Shown here: positions 50,096 through 59,944 of the stretch, piece by piece
Layout: each line of letters opens with the position of its first letter
How positions within the stretch are numbered: position 1 is the first letter of the stretch
Origin: Aureliella sp.
GTDB taxonomy: Bacteria > Planctomycetota > Planctomycetia > Pirellulales > Pirellulaceae
Assembly: GCA_963691875.1 (NCBI GenBank)
Contig: OY829846.1
Coordinates: 3,872,001 to 3,936,000, forward strand
Length of the DNA: 64,000 nt
Direction of reading: 5' to 3'
Position numbers and translations under genes: made by a program
The notes under the pieces: model-generated
Databases searched by the model: none
What the model was told of the DNA's origin: nothing
Seen by the model: only the letters and a program-made list of their open reading frames with translations

Positions 50096-51511
50096 ATGAA
50101 TCCCCTCAAAAAAGTCCTCTCCTTCGTCCTCGCATTCACCGCATTGATCTACGGCGCGAACGCCGATGAGAAACGTCCGGACATCGTCTTCATCATTGTG
50201 GATGACCTGAACGACTGGGTTGGCTGCTTGGACGGTCACCCTGATGCCAAGTCACCAAACATCGACGCCTTGGCTTCGCGGGGCATGCTCTTCTCACAAG
50301 GATACTGCAATTCGCCGCAATGCCGTCCTTCGCGCACGAGTCTGAACCACGGTGTCTACGCGTATAAGACCGGCACTTACTTCAATGCGAGGCACCCACA
50401 AGAAACGAAGATCACTACGCCGAGCATGCAGCAATACTTCATGCAAAACGGTTACCGCGTTGCGAGCGGCGGCAAGGTATTTCACGGCACTCCTGGCAAG
50501 TTCGGTGACGCATTGCTTCCGAAACCGAGAGACCCCAAGCCACCCAAGGAAGAAGACAACTTCAATGCCATGCGAGCACCAAACGATGGCTACGCACTGA
50601 ACGTTGCTGATCATGAAATGGGTGACTACAAAGTCGCGAGTTGGGCCATCGATCAATGGCAGAAGGTCACGGACAAACCCCTGTTCATGTCCGTCGGTTT
50701 CTATCGCCCCCACCGACCGCTGCAAGTTCCCAAGCCGTGGTTTGAGAAGTTTCCACTCGATTCGATTCGCCGACCCGCCGAGCCAGAGGGAGTCGACGAC
50801 TGGGACGACATGCCTGAGTTCGCTCGACGCTTGGCACGTACGCACGCGCACAAACCTCTGCACAAAGGCTTGAGCGACCACGAGTACATTGTCGCCAACG
50901 AGGAATGGGACAAGACGATAAGAGCCTACCAAGCCTCAATCGCATTTGTCGATTCACAGATCGGACGGTTTGTAGAACAGCTAAAGCAAAATCCGCGCGG
51001 ACGTGAGACCTACATCATGCTTGTCAGCGACCATGGCTGGCACTTGGGCGAGAAGAAACATTGGTGCAAAGGCGCAATCTGGGAGCAAACAACTCATATC
51101 CCTTTTGTTGTTTGCGGTCCCGATGTCAAAGCTGGCTCCAAATGCACTCAGCCGGTGAGTCTCATCGATGTCTACCCCTCACTTGTTCACTTCGCGCGTT
51201 TGCCACAGCCCGACTGGCTAGACGGCTACTCGATCAAACGGCAATTGACAAATCCCCTGCTTAAACGCCCCCCTGCAATCTCATCCTACGGGGAAGGCAA
51301 TACTTCGATTCGCACTGAGCATTGGCGCTACATTCGCTACGAAGATGGCTCTGAGGAACTCTACGATCATCGAATCGACTCCAACGAATGGGTCAACTTG
51401 GCCGATTCAGACGAGCACGCTGCGACGAAGGCAAGGCTTGCTCAATTCATTCCCGAGAATCAACACGTCGGCATCAAAGTGCAGAGCTGGTACGACAAGT
51501 TTCAAAAGTAG
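50096..51511 (+). CDS. Sulfatase (iduronate-2-sulfatase-like S1)
   Basis: IIVDDLNDW, CRPSR, GKVFH, GFYRPH and SDHGWHLGEK motifs. Confidence 0.9.
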   Translation: MNPLKKVLSFVLAFTALIYGANADEKRPDIVFIIVDDLNDWVGCLDGHPDAKSPNIDALASRGMLFSQGYCNSPQCRPSRTSLNHGVYAYKTGTYFNARHPQETKITTPSMQQYFMQNGYRVASGGKVFHGTPGKFGDALLPKPRDPKPPKEEDNFNAMRAPNDGYALNVADHEMGDYKVASWAIDQWQKVTDKPLFMSVGFYRPHRPLQVPKPWFEKFPLDSIRRPAEPEGVDDWDDMPEFARRLARTHAHKPLHKGLSDHEYIVANEEWDKTIRAYQASIAFVDSQIGRFVEQLKQNPRGRETYIMLVSDHGWHLGEKKHWCKGAIWEQTTHIPFVVCGPDVKAGSKCTQPVSLIDVYPSLVHFARLPQPDWLDGYSIKRQLTNPLLKRPPAISSYGEGNTSIRTEHWRYIRYEDGSEELYDHRIDSNEWVNLADSDEHAATKARLAQFIPENQHVGIKVQSWYDKFQK

Positions 51512-51584
51512 TGCGAGGTGAAGAAATCACTGCAGGACTTCGGAGAAACGCTACGATCGCGGAGTCACCGGCGACTCTGATCGA

Positions 51585-52409
51585 TTACAGGAATTGAGGA
51601 CGTTCGCCAGCGGCCAACTTGGCTTCAATCTCCTTCACAAGTGGTAGAATATTTGCAGCTGATTCCAGAATGTAATGAGCTCCAGCCGCAAGCAGCGTAT
51701 CTTCTGCATTCTTGCAAAGACTATCGACCTCGGCCTGCGACATCGTCTCCAATTCTTCCTGGGACTTGCCGACGCAATTCCCTGATCGCGTGATGCCGAC
51801 ACTCCAACAGCCCGCGTTTCGTCCTGCTTCGACACCGACGGGCGTGTCGTCGACCTTGATGAATCGCCACATCGGGTAAATACCGAATTGCTTTGCAGCT
51901 TCGTGTAGAAGAAACGGGGCAGGTCTGCCAACCGGCGTGTCACCAGAACAGAGAACACAGTCTGGACGGTAGCCTTGCTTCTCTGCAGCTGGCGCCACAA
52001 TGTCCATCAATTCATGCGTATATCCAGTAGACGAGGCAATCTTCAATCCTAGACTTCGACACCCCTCTACAGCCTCAACGACACCTGGAATCAGGTCGCA
52101 GTGCTGCCCCAGTGTCTCCATCTGAAGTGGCAGGAAGTCGGCATACATTCCATCAATATCTTCCTCTGTCGTGCTGGTGCCATGCTTTTCCTTCCAAGCC
52201 GCATCGACTTCCTCCATGGCTGCGATAGCTTCGATATGCTCTCGCTTTGCCATCCCCATGGGCTCTCTTGCCTGAGATTCGGTGATGGGCACTCCGCGCC
52301 GATCAAAAATCTCTTGAAAAACACGCGCAGGCGCACGACTACCGTAATCAACTGTCGTCCCAGCCCAATCGAAAAGGATTGCTTGCAATTCGGTGCATCT
52401 ATCCGTCAT
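51585..52409 (-). CDS. phnX: Phosphonoacetaldehyde hydrolase (phosphonatase)
   Basis: FDWAGTTVDYGS.AP, AREPMGMAKREHI (Schiff-base Lys), GRPAP and KVDDT motifs. Confidence 0.95.
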   Translation of the reverse strand: MTDRCTELQAILFDWAGTTVDYGSRAPARVFQEIFDRRGVPITESQAREPMGMAKREHIEAIAAMEEVDAAWKEKHGTSTTEEDIDGMYADFLPLQMETLGQHCDLIPGVVEAVEGCRSLGLKIASSTGYTHELMDIVAPAAEKQGYRPDCVLCSGDTPVGRPAPFLLHEAAKQFGIYPMWRFIKVDDTPVGVEAGRNAGCWSVGITRSGNCVGKSQEELETMSQAEVDSLCKNAEDTLLAAGAHYILESAANILPLVKEIEAKLAAGERPQFL

Positions 52410-52410
52410 A

Positions 52411-53547
52411 TCAATTCCCTGTCCACTCCGCCCATGATTTCTCGGCAAGCCCAAAGGATAGGGTCATACCGGCCCCACCTGGCCCCACGAAAGCTCGGAT
52501 ACCTTCTTTGATTTCTTGATCCACTACAATCTCGCTCGGATGCTTGGCATAGATCCCATGCCAGCGCTCGATGATGGTCCAATCGGACAGTTGAATCACG
52601 TTGCGAAGTTCGCGCAACATCAACTCGTCGATTTCCGACTTGTCGAAAGGCGAGATCTCGTTGCCATACTCGTGCGAATCCCCCAGCACCACTTCGCCAC
52701 TTGGAAATTGGCTGGCCATCACGTGAATGCCGTACTGATCTAGCTTGGGAGAATCATCTGCAATTCTTTGCTTCAGCGACGTGAGGGTAGGGCAGGCTTC
52801 GAATGATTTGTAATGCCGAAGCGTGAGACCACTGGCGATATGAGGCGCAAGGCCTTGATAGTCTGGCTGGGAAACTGCTCGCAACATCTGTAGTTTGCAA
52901 AGCCGCAGATCTAGGCTGCCCATGACTTCTGGAAACAGAGTCTGGAGATCACTCCCGCTACAAATGACGATTTGCCTGGCATTCCAAACGCGTCCATCAG
53001 TGGCCTCCAAGCGGCCGCTGTCGGCGTACGCAATAGCTGTATCAAAAAAGCATGAAACTGAGGGTTTTGCTTCGAGCCAGTTGGCGATCCTAGCTGAGGC
53101 AGTCCGTGGATCGACACGTAGCTCCGTTGCACTCCACATTCCTCCCAACAATCCTTCCGGATTCGCCAAAGCCGTTTTTTGCTTCACCTGCTCGGCCGTC
53201 AACATCTCGACTTGGTGCGAGCCAAGTTTGCAAAACTCGTCGAGCACGGCCAACTCGTCTTCGTGATGCGCTAGGTGCAGGGAACCGCAGGGCGCCACTT
53301 CCACTACGGACTCCTTGTCCAACTCTTGCCAGAGTTTGGCGGACAACAACGCGGTCTGGTAAGGTTCACCTACTGGCTGCCCAACTGGCCAGATCATGCC
53401 GAAGTTACGCACCGATGCACCTTGAGCTTGTGAATCTCGCTCGAAGAGTGCCACTTTCAAGCCCCGCTGTGAGGCACGCCAAGCATGGGCGAGTCCGATA
53501 ATTCCACCGCCTACAATTGCGACGTCAAAAGTTTCCGAAGCATTCAT
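52411..53547 (-). CDS. TIGR03364-type FAD-dependent aminophosphonate oxidoreductase
   Basis: IVGGGIIGLAHA, GASVRNFG, CKLQMLR, LTLRHY, GDSHEYG and GAGMTLSFG motifs; adjacent to phnX. Confidence 0.88.
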   Translation of the reverse strand: MNASETFDVAIVGGGIIGLAHAWRASQRGLKVALFERDSQAQGASVRNFGMIWPVGQPVGEPYQTALLSAKLWQELDKESVVEVAPCGSLHLAHHEDELAVLDEFCKLGSHQVEMLTAEQVKQKTALANPEGLLGGMWSATELRVDPRTASARIANWLEAKPSVSCFFDTAIAYADSGRLEATDGRVWNARQIVICSGSDLQTLFPEVMGSLDLRLCKLQMLRAVSQPDYQGLAPHIASGLTLRHYKSFEACPTLTSLKQRIADDSPKLDQYGIHVMASQFPSGEVVLGDSHEYGNEISPFDKSEIDELMLRELRNVIQLSDWTIIERWHGIYAKHPSEIVVDQEIKEGIRAFVGPGGAGMTLSFGLAEKSWAEWTGN

Positions 53548-53568
53548 TTCAAGGTTCCATCCTTCCTT

Positions 53569-54126
53569 CTAGCGGTCGATTGACTCTGCGAGCACTCGAT
53601 CAATGCATGCCGCGAAATGCTCGAGTGAGGGTGTTGTAGCTTCAGGATCTTTCGCGGTGTCATCCCACTTGCGAAGTCGCAATGCCGCCTCGTAGTGCGT
53701 GTTCTCACGAAACTCTTCACGTTCTGCCTCGGTCATCTCTCCGCCTTGCAGCTCAAGACTGACTTGCGAAGCCTGGCTCAGCGAGCTGCGATAATCTGCA
53801 TCCACCGCACACAGATATCGCTTGGCAGCCACATGCAGCTTCACGGGCTCAGTTACCGCTGGCGAAAAATGGCTCTTCAAAAAGTGGTAGCCAGAATTCT
53901 CGTGATGATCGTCGACCCCGCTGTCTGGAGCGTCATCCGGTAGTTCGTGCAGCAAATGCCCCACATCGTGAAGCAATGCGGCGACGACGAGCGAGTCCGG
54001 TACATTCTCTTGCTCCGCCAAGGCCGCACATTGCAAGGCATGCTCCAACTGCGTAACCGCTTCACCGCCATACTCGGAGTCACCGCGTTGCTGAAACAAT
54101 TTTACGATTCGAGCTGAAATGGTCAT
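53569..54126 (-). CDS. phnZ: HD-domain phosphonate-degradation oxygenase (PhnZ-like)
   Basis: YGGEAVTQLEHALQ, ALLHDVGH, HHE, LHVAAKRYL, SLELQGG and LRKWDD.AK motifs. Confidence 0.82.
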   Translation of the reverse strand: MTISARIVKLFQQRGDSEYGGEAVTQLEHALQCAALAEQENVPDSLVVAALLHDVGHLLHELPDDAPDSGVDDHHENSGYHFLKSHFSPAVTEPVKLHVAAKRYLCAVDADYRSSLSQASQVSLELQGGEMTEAEREEFRENTHYEAALRLRKWDDTAKDPEATTPSLEHFAACIDRVLAESIDR

Positions 54127-54166
54127 GATGAAACCTACGCGGGCGAAAACAAGTCGAGGTCCTATA

Positions 54167-55311
54167 CTAAAGGGCGAATCGCAAGTCGGATAGGCTTGTG
54201 TTTTACGAATGTTGAACAGCAGTTTGAATTTCATCGAGTGGAAAACTCGCTTCAACGAGATCGGCAAAAGGGAAGCTGTCTCCGTTCTCAAGCAGAAACG
54301 CAACCGCCTACTGCAGATCTTGTAGAGCGTAGTTGTGAACTCCGCGGATAGTCAGACATCGTCGAATGAGCCGCTCTGGATTCAAGCGTATTGCTTCTGT
54401 TGGCATAACAGCGCCGATTAGAACTAATGATCCTCCAATATCCGTTGCCGCAGATCCAAATTCGGTCAGGGTGGGAGAGCCCGTCAACTCAAGTACTCGA
54501 TCAAAGTACACACGCGAACGGGCTTCAAGCTGATCGGCCAATGAAGCAGCATCGTCGATGCGGATCGTGGAGCTAGCTCCAAACTCCACTGCTCTCTTGA
54601 GACGTCGTACATCCCGACCAACAACCACAACCTCTGCCGCTCCCTCTACGCGAGCGATGGCTGAGGCGGTTAAAACACCGAGCATGCCAGAGCCAAGAAA
54701 AAGCAAGCGGCTTTCTGCGATTTCACCTGCGGCCCTATAGGCGGCACATATCGTGGCGGTCGCACAGTTGACAGGACAAAGTATCTCATCCCTAGCAGCT
54801 TCGTGCCCGCCAGCCTCCGGCAATTTGATCACCGCGCTTCCTTCTCGCAACAGCACTTACTCCGCCAGTCCCCCGGCCAATGCCTCCCTTCGGCTAGAGC
54901 ATGACCATACTTCGCGAGCTGCAGACACTTCTGAGGAAGCCCATTTCGGCAGCGTTCACAATGATCGCAACCGATTACCACAGACCAAGTCACCCGATCC
55001 CCTGGCTGCAGAAATGCACCCGAGAATTCCCGCATAGAAGAATTGCTGACGGCGACTACTTTCCCGATGATTTCATGGGCAAGAATCGAAAGCGTCGGCT
55101 CTTCCCTCGCAACGGTGAGCGTGTGCAAATCACTGCCACATAGCGTACAGCAATCGACTTTAACCAGCACCTCACCGTCATCCAGCCTAGGTAATTCCAG
55201 CTCTTGCAGCTGAGCCTTACCAGCACCCACGAAGACAACCGCGCGACTGGTCGATAGCAGTTCCACTTCCACTTGGTTCAAATCACTTCCCTTATGCTCG
55301 GGGCTCGACAA
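54167..55311 (-). pseudogene. Phosphonate-cluster zinc alcohol dehydrogenase (TIGR03366-like), inactivated
   Basis: CTLCGSDLH, CDHCERC..C, CATAT and GVHNY motifs; frameshift near 54882; stops at 54857, 54308 and 54203. Confidence 0.88.
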
Positions 55312-56587
55312 TATCTGCCGCAGATTCAGTCCCCGATTCGTCTTTCAATGTTCTCTCAAAATAGATGAGCGCTGCAAACATGGCGAGGATGGAAAAACCG
55401 GCGATTCCCCAGAGGAGATACATGAACAAGGAAAGCACCTCATCCGGCGACCACCAAAATGACTTGACCACAACGATGGCGGTGTATCCCAAGTAGCCTG
55501 AAGAGTCGGCTAGATACATTAAGAACACTAAGTTTCCTGGCTTGGCGGAAGCTGCGACCAAACGCTCAAAAAGCGTCGTGTGAAACGCGACATAAGGAAC
55601 ATACAAGCCAACACCGCAAGCCACCATGAAAGCGAACGGCGAAATCGCTCCAATGCTTCGAAGCCACGCCGCTAAGATCGATAAGCCGAATGCAAGGCAT
55701 ATCGAAATACTGATGATACGGATCGCGCTAAGATGATGTCGAATCCAGATTGCCGCCGCGTTGAATGTCACGACAAAGAAAGCAACGACGGTCTCGCAAT
55801 TTACAAAGACTTTTGGCTCTTTGGCAACGCCCATGTCTCGCCATATCTCGACACCAAAATCGTCGCGAACCGTTCGCACAACCGTTAAGGCGATGTACAC
55901 CAAAATCATCAAACTCAGCCCCGGCCAGTAGCTGCAAAAGAATTGCCAGCGCTGCTCTGAAGACATAGGGCCACGATCCGTTCTTGCCTCGCGATCCTCG
56001 TCGCTCGGTGGTGGCGTCCAAGTCAAAACCCAAACCGAAACAATTAGCGGTAGCAAGAATATTAGCCCCGTCAGCATCGGCATCTGAAACTCGGGAACTT
56101 GCCAGTCCTCAATCAAGGACGAACCGATGGACTTCACTGCACCCGAGGAGATGATGAAGCTGGCGCATAGTGCGGCTGACAGGGCTTCCGTCTGCTTGCG
56201 GCCCTCCAGAAACAGAAGCACTAAACCAAACACCATGCCGAGTGGCAGACCGTTCAGGAAAAGCATGAGAGGCTTCAGCGCAATTGGAACAAAGGCAAAA
56301 CCTGCAAGTGCCAATTCTGCAAACAAGATCAAGCCGACCAATACCAAAGCCGCTCGCCCACGCGTCATCTCTGACACCACTTTGACACCAATGAGCTTAG
56401 ACAACATGTAGCCGCCGATCTGGGCGACTACCAAGATGTCTTTCAAGCCATATCCCCAGACCAACTGCCCTTCATAGGTCGCAGCCGAGAATGGCTTGCG
56501 GAAAGCATACATACAGAAATAGATGCAGAAGGCAGCAGCACCTGCGATGAAGAGTGAGTTTTTCGTCTTGAGCCGTTTAGCTTGCAT
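55292..56587 (-). CDS. DUF5690 family MFS-like transporter
   Basis: YFCMYAFRKPF, GYMLSK.IG.KVVSE, NGLPLGMVFG..LEGR, RDDF and YLADSSGYLG motifs; about 12 TM helices. Confidence 0.85.
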   Translation of the reverse strand: MQAKRLKTKNSLFIAGAAAFCIYFCMYAFRKPFSAATYEGQLVWGYGLKDILVVAQIGGYMLSKLIGVKVVSEMTRGRAALVLVGLILFAELALAGFAFVPIALKPLMLFLNGLPLGMVFGLVLLFLEGRKQTEALSAALCASFIISSGAVKSIGSSLIEDWQVPEFQMPMLTGLIFLLPLIVSVWVLTWTPPPSDEDREARTDRGPMSSEQRWQFFCSYWPGLSLMILVYIALTVVRTVRDDFGVEIWRDMGVAKEPKVFVNCETVVAFFVVTFNAAAIWIRHHLSAIRIISISICLAFGLSILAAWLRSIGAISPFAFMVACGVGLYVPYVAFHTTLFERLVAASAKPGNLVFLMYLADSSGYLGYTAIVVVKSFWWSPDEVLSLFMYLLWGIAGFSILAMFAALIYFERTLKDESGTESAADIVEPRA

Positions 56588-56712
56588 CCTCACCCGTGCA
56601 GTGCGTTGGACATTAAGCAGTACTGACAAAACACAGCCTACCGAATTGCTGGCGGAAGGTGTACTCAGAGAATGTTTAGATATGAAGTAGTTTGCCCAAA
56701 ACGAAGAGCTCT

Positions 56713-57317
56713 TCAACAACGCTGCAGCGGAACGAAGCGAGTTGGTTCACAAGAATTCAGATGGGAAATAACGAAAACTTTGACCCAACAAACTTACTGG
56801 ACCAAGATTTTCAGCGAGGTTACTCTGCAAATTCAAAGACATCGTATCTATTCGCTTTCAGGCCACGAACCGAGCGACTTGACGCAGCTGAGCGTCCGAA
56901 ATTGATTCGCTGGATAATTGTTGGCTATCTCCGGTGTCATTAAGCGATAGTTTCTCAAGAAGGTTATAGCTGACGACTGCCTGCCTTCGTCGCTTCATGA
57001 CGCAAAACAGCATTGCGAAATACGGCACTACGCTGCACTGCACATGATACAGTCAAATTCCAGCTAGCGAGATCTCTTTCCAGAAACCCCTGATATTTGC
57101 CCATAGCACGTAGGGACATCGAAAAGAGCGGCAGTTCTTGCATTAGTGTGCACGTACTTGCACCTAAATCTAAAATCTTAAGCCGTTCCCAAATTCGATG
57201 CACAATGAACTCTCGGTCGAAAGCCAAACGAGCATCATCACGATAGTTTATCGCGACCCGAGGGTCTTCTATTCAGATCCTCTCCTCCCAGAAGTCATGG
57301 ATTTTGAGAGGATCCAC
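56713..57317 (-). pseudogene. Eroded class I SAM-dependent methyltransferase
   Basis: VDPLKIHDFWEERI*IEDPRVAINYRDDARLAFD...KILDLGASTC, followed by broken frames; end coordinate approximate. Confidence 0.6.
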
Positions 57318-57974
57318 CTACATACCTTTCCTTGGCAAAGTCTCGCACCAATTCCGTACAGATATCCCTAGCGAAGCGCACATCCTCAATCATGTCGACT
57401 TCAACAGACCGGACTCGAATTGTATGCCTATAAAGAATGCCATGAATCATCTCGAAAACACACCCACCTCCAAGGCTGACTACCGAGGGATAAAAATCCT
57501 CACGGCTCGTCCATTACCGCGTGCCTTGTTGTTCAAATGAGAAGCTCACACCCTGTGCTTGGGTAACATGAGTGTATACCGGCTGCGCCGAAACAACAGG
57601 CATCACACCGATCTTGCTCACAGGGATCTGACTAGAGTCCGAAAGTCGCCTGGATGGGCCAACAAGTCACCATCAACAGAAGATCATCGGCCCATAGCCG
57701 CTGCCGGTCCTAGCGAGAGGACCGCAGCCGTCTTGGCAGTTTCCCAGTGCTGATTATGTTGAACCGTAATCCTAGAGAACAAGGCTTAAATCAAGGCAGC
57801 AACACGATCCGCTTGGAAGCCCAACATAATAGGCACATTATCGTGTCGTGAGACACATATCACTCAGTTGGGCCTCGAGAATCCCTTTCCCACCCACGCG
57901 AGTAAACAACCTGGGGACCCCTTACCGAGCCGTGACTCGCAACCGTCGGCGTCAATAACAATTGTGTTCTGCAC
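57310..57974 (-). pseudogene. Eroded NTP-transferase (LicC/sugar-phosphate nucleotidyltransferase-like)
   Basis: Motifs in the correct order across frameshifts and stops: IVIDADGCESRLG, MLGFQAD, HNQHWE, VDGDLLAHP, EVDMIEDV. Confidence 0.65.
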
Positions 57975-58002
57975 CTTGCGGTTCTGAATTGAAGTGTAGG
58001 AG

Positions 58003-58593
58003 TCAGGCACTATTATTGAGTCTTGCTGACCTGAACGTGTCATGGACAAATTCGTTCACTGAACTACAAACACGTCGAGAACGAATATTTCGCCACCAGT
58101 ACCTCGCGAAACAGATTTCGCCGACCAGTACACCCAGCTGCCGGCCGTCTGTAGAATTCTGAAAATGAGTCTGGGGATAAAACGTATTCGACAACACTTC
58201 GAGTTTTAGGTTCATGCTGTCAACAGAATTCTTTAAGCGAACACGAAAACACCTTTTCCTGCCAATGCAATGAGACAACACCGACTGACCATTGACTCGG
58301 ATTTCAAACTCAGATCGGATTGGTCCGGGCGCGAGCTCGATCCACAACCAAGATAATTTGACGTTCGTAGAAAAATTGCAGCTTAGCACGGCATATCCGC
58401 TGGTCCAATTATAGCGATGTCCGTGGATCGTCTCTTTTGCATAAAAACCCTGGCTGTCGCAGTGAGCTAACTCACGTTGGTCTGAATGGTTCCTCCGCGC
58501 CAAGAATACATCGGGATGCACCTTCGTAGCAGCTAACAGATGGATCTGTTTCTCCTCAAGACGTGATCGAATTCGATTCGCAATAGTGTTCAT
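58003..58593 (-). CDS. Hypothetical protein with a glycan-cluster accessory beta-domain
   Basis: GFY..E...WTSG.A and DGRQLGV motifs; lies in the polysaccharide gene run. Confidence 0.55.
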   Translation of the reverse strand: MNTIANRIRSRLEEKQIHLLAATKVHPDVFLARRNHSDQRELAHCDSQGFYAKETIHGHRYNWTSGYAVLSCNFSTNVKLSWLWIELAPGPIRSEFEIRVNGQSVLSHCIGRKRCFRVRLKNSVDSMNLKLEVLSNTFYPQTHFQNSTDGRQLGVLVGEICFARYWWRNIRSRRVCSSVNEFVHDTFRSARLNNSA

Positions 58594-58627
58594 TTAGGTT
58601 CTATGGATAGAGAAGGTCTTATTTGGC

Positions 58628-59944
58628 CTACGGGTCACCGAATAGCGAAACTATCTCACCCTCGATTTCATCGATTAGCGGTAGATCTGACGAGCAATTC
58701 CAGCACGTTAGATGCTTACCTACACTATCTGCAAGTCGCAAAATGGGACTGGGACCCGCAACCATCCCAAGAAAAAGTAGTAGCTTACGGGCATATTGTT
58801 CGCCACTATGCCGATTGCTTGCCCAGTGCCTCGCTTTTACTCCTTGTTGTACCGCTGAATGGTAGTCTTGTTCAAGGTTTATGAATGCTTCCTCTAAATC
58901 CTCGACCTCGCGTTCATGCCCAATACGATGCACCAAAGAATCAGGAATGTCGTCGTAGCAACCGCCCCTACTCACTAGTGTCGGACGAGCGCTCGCTAGG
59001 CTTAGTATGATGCTAGCGGAGGCACCCTCAACGACTGGGTACCGCAAACAGGAAATAGCATTCGCATGCTTTAGCTCATCCTGCAGGGTCGCCTCGTCCA
59101 CTTTACCTAGTAACTCTAAGTCGACTTTATGGGGAGCATTATTTGCCAGCTCCATCAGATACTTGCGATAGGAGTCTCCAATGTTTCCAATCACTCTATA
59201 TTGCCACTTTTCGCTATTGCAGGCCGAATTCCCCAGAGCGCGAATCACCGACTCGCAGCGTTTGTTAACATTCACGTCACCGATAGTGATGACTCTGCTC
59301 TTGGCTCCTTCCTGCTGGGGAGGTGGCAACTGCTTTTCGAACTCGCATGGATATGCCAAAGGAATGGTCGTGACAGGACAGTGCAGTTTCGCCTCGCAAG
59401 GCGCTGCGTAGAACTTTGCGTGGGTTACGACGCCGAGTGTATCTGCCAAGGCAAAGCGTAGTACGGGGTGCTTCGCAGCTTCACTCATAAACCACAATCG
59501 ACCAAGATCTTCAGAGGCCTCTGCGTATGCCTTGAGAGCTTCGCTACTTGCCTCTAACCGAAACAAATCCAGGTAGGGCTTCTTCTCAACAAGTATGGCC
59601 CATTCGTGTAGAAGATGGTGGAGAATAAAGTCGTGCAATAGCGTCACGCCAGGAAACCGAGCCTGGTGCTTCAAGCAATAGTAGTGATTCTCAATGTGAT
59701 TCCCCACGTTGTAGATGACGCTGTCAAATCGCGACAAAAACTGATTCAAATGATTGTCAATGTCTTCTGCATCAACTATCTCACAACTTGCTGGGCGACA
59801 GGTTGCCGCCCAACTTGAATCCCCCATTTCCGAACGAACAATAGTTACATCGTGACCGAACGATTGGAGTGCCTCGACAACCTCCACGCTAAACGCAGCG
59901 ATAGCCGAACGTTGCGAAAAAGGACTGTACCAAGCGATTTTCAT
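58628..59944 (-). CDS. Glycosyltransferase (GT4-like)
   Basis: MKIAWYSPF..SAIA, YNVGNH, LHDFILHH and LRYP..EGASAS motifs; ATGA overlap with the upstream gene. Confidence 0.88.
   Translation of the reverse strand: MKIAWYSPFSQRSAIAAFSVEVVEALQSFGHDVTIVRSEMGDSSWAATCRPASCEIVDAEDIDNHLNQFLSRFDSVIYNVGNHIENHYYCLKHQARFPGVTLLHDFILHHLLHEWAILVEKKPYLDLFRLEASSEALKAYAEASEDLGRLWFMSEAAKHPVLRFALADTLGVVTHAKFYAAPCEAKLHCPVTTIPLAYPCEFEKQLPPPQQEGAKSRVITIGDVNVNKRCESVIRALGNSACNSEKWQYRVIGNIGDSYRKYLMELANNAPHKVDLELLGKVDEATLQDELKHANAISCLRYPVVEGASASIILSLASARPTLVSRGGCYDDIPDSLVHRIGHEREVEDLEEAFINLEQDYHSAVQQGVKARHWASNRHSGEQYARKLLLFLGMVAGPSPILRLADSVGKHLTCWNCSSDLPLIDEIEGEIVSLFGDP

Noticed and set aside
54127..54303. N-terminal extension of the HD-domain ORF
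   Set aside because: This DNA is the decayed 3' end of the ADH in another frame.
24838..54310. Genome-wide TAG recoding (pyrrolysine or an alternative code), suggested by in-frame TAGs at 24838 and 54308
   Set aside because: Many intact genes end in TAG at their expected C-termini, and the ADH also has TAA stops and a frameshift.
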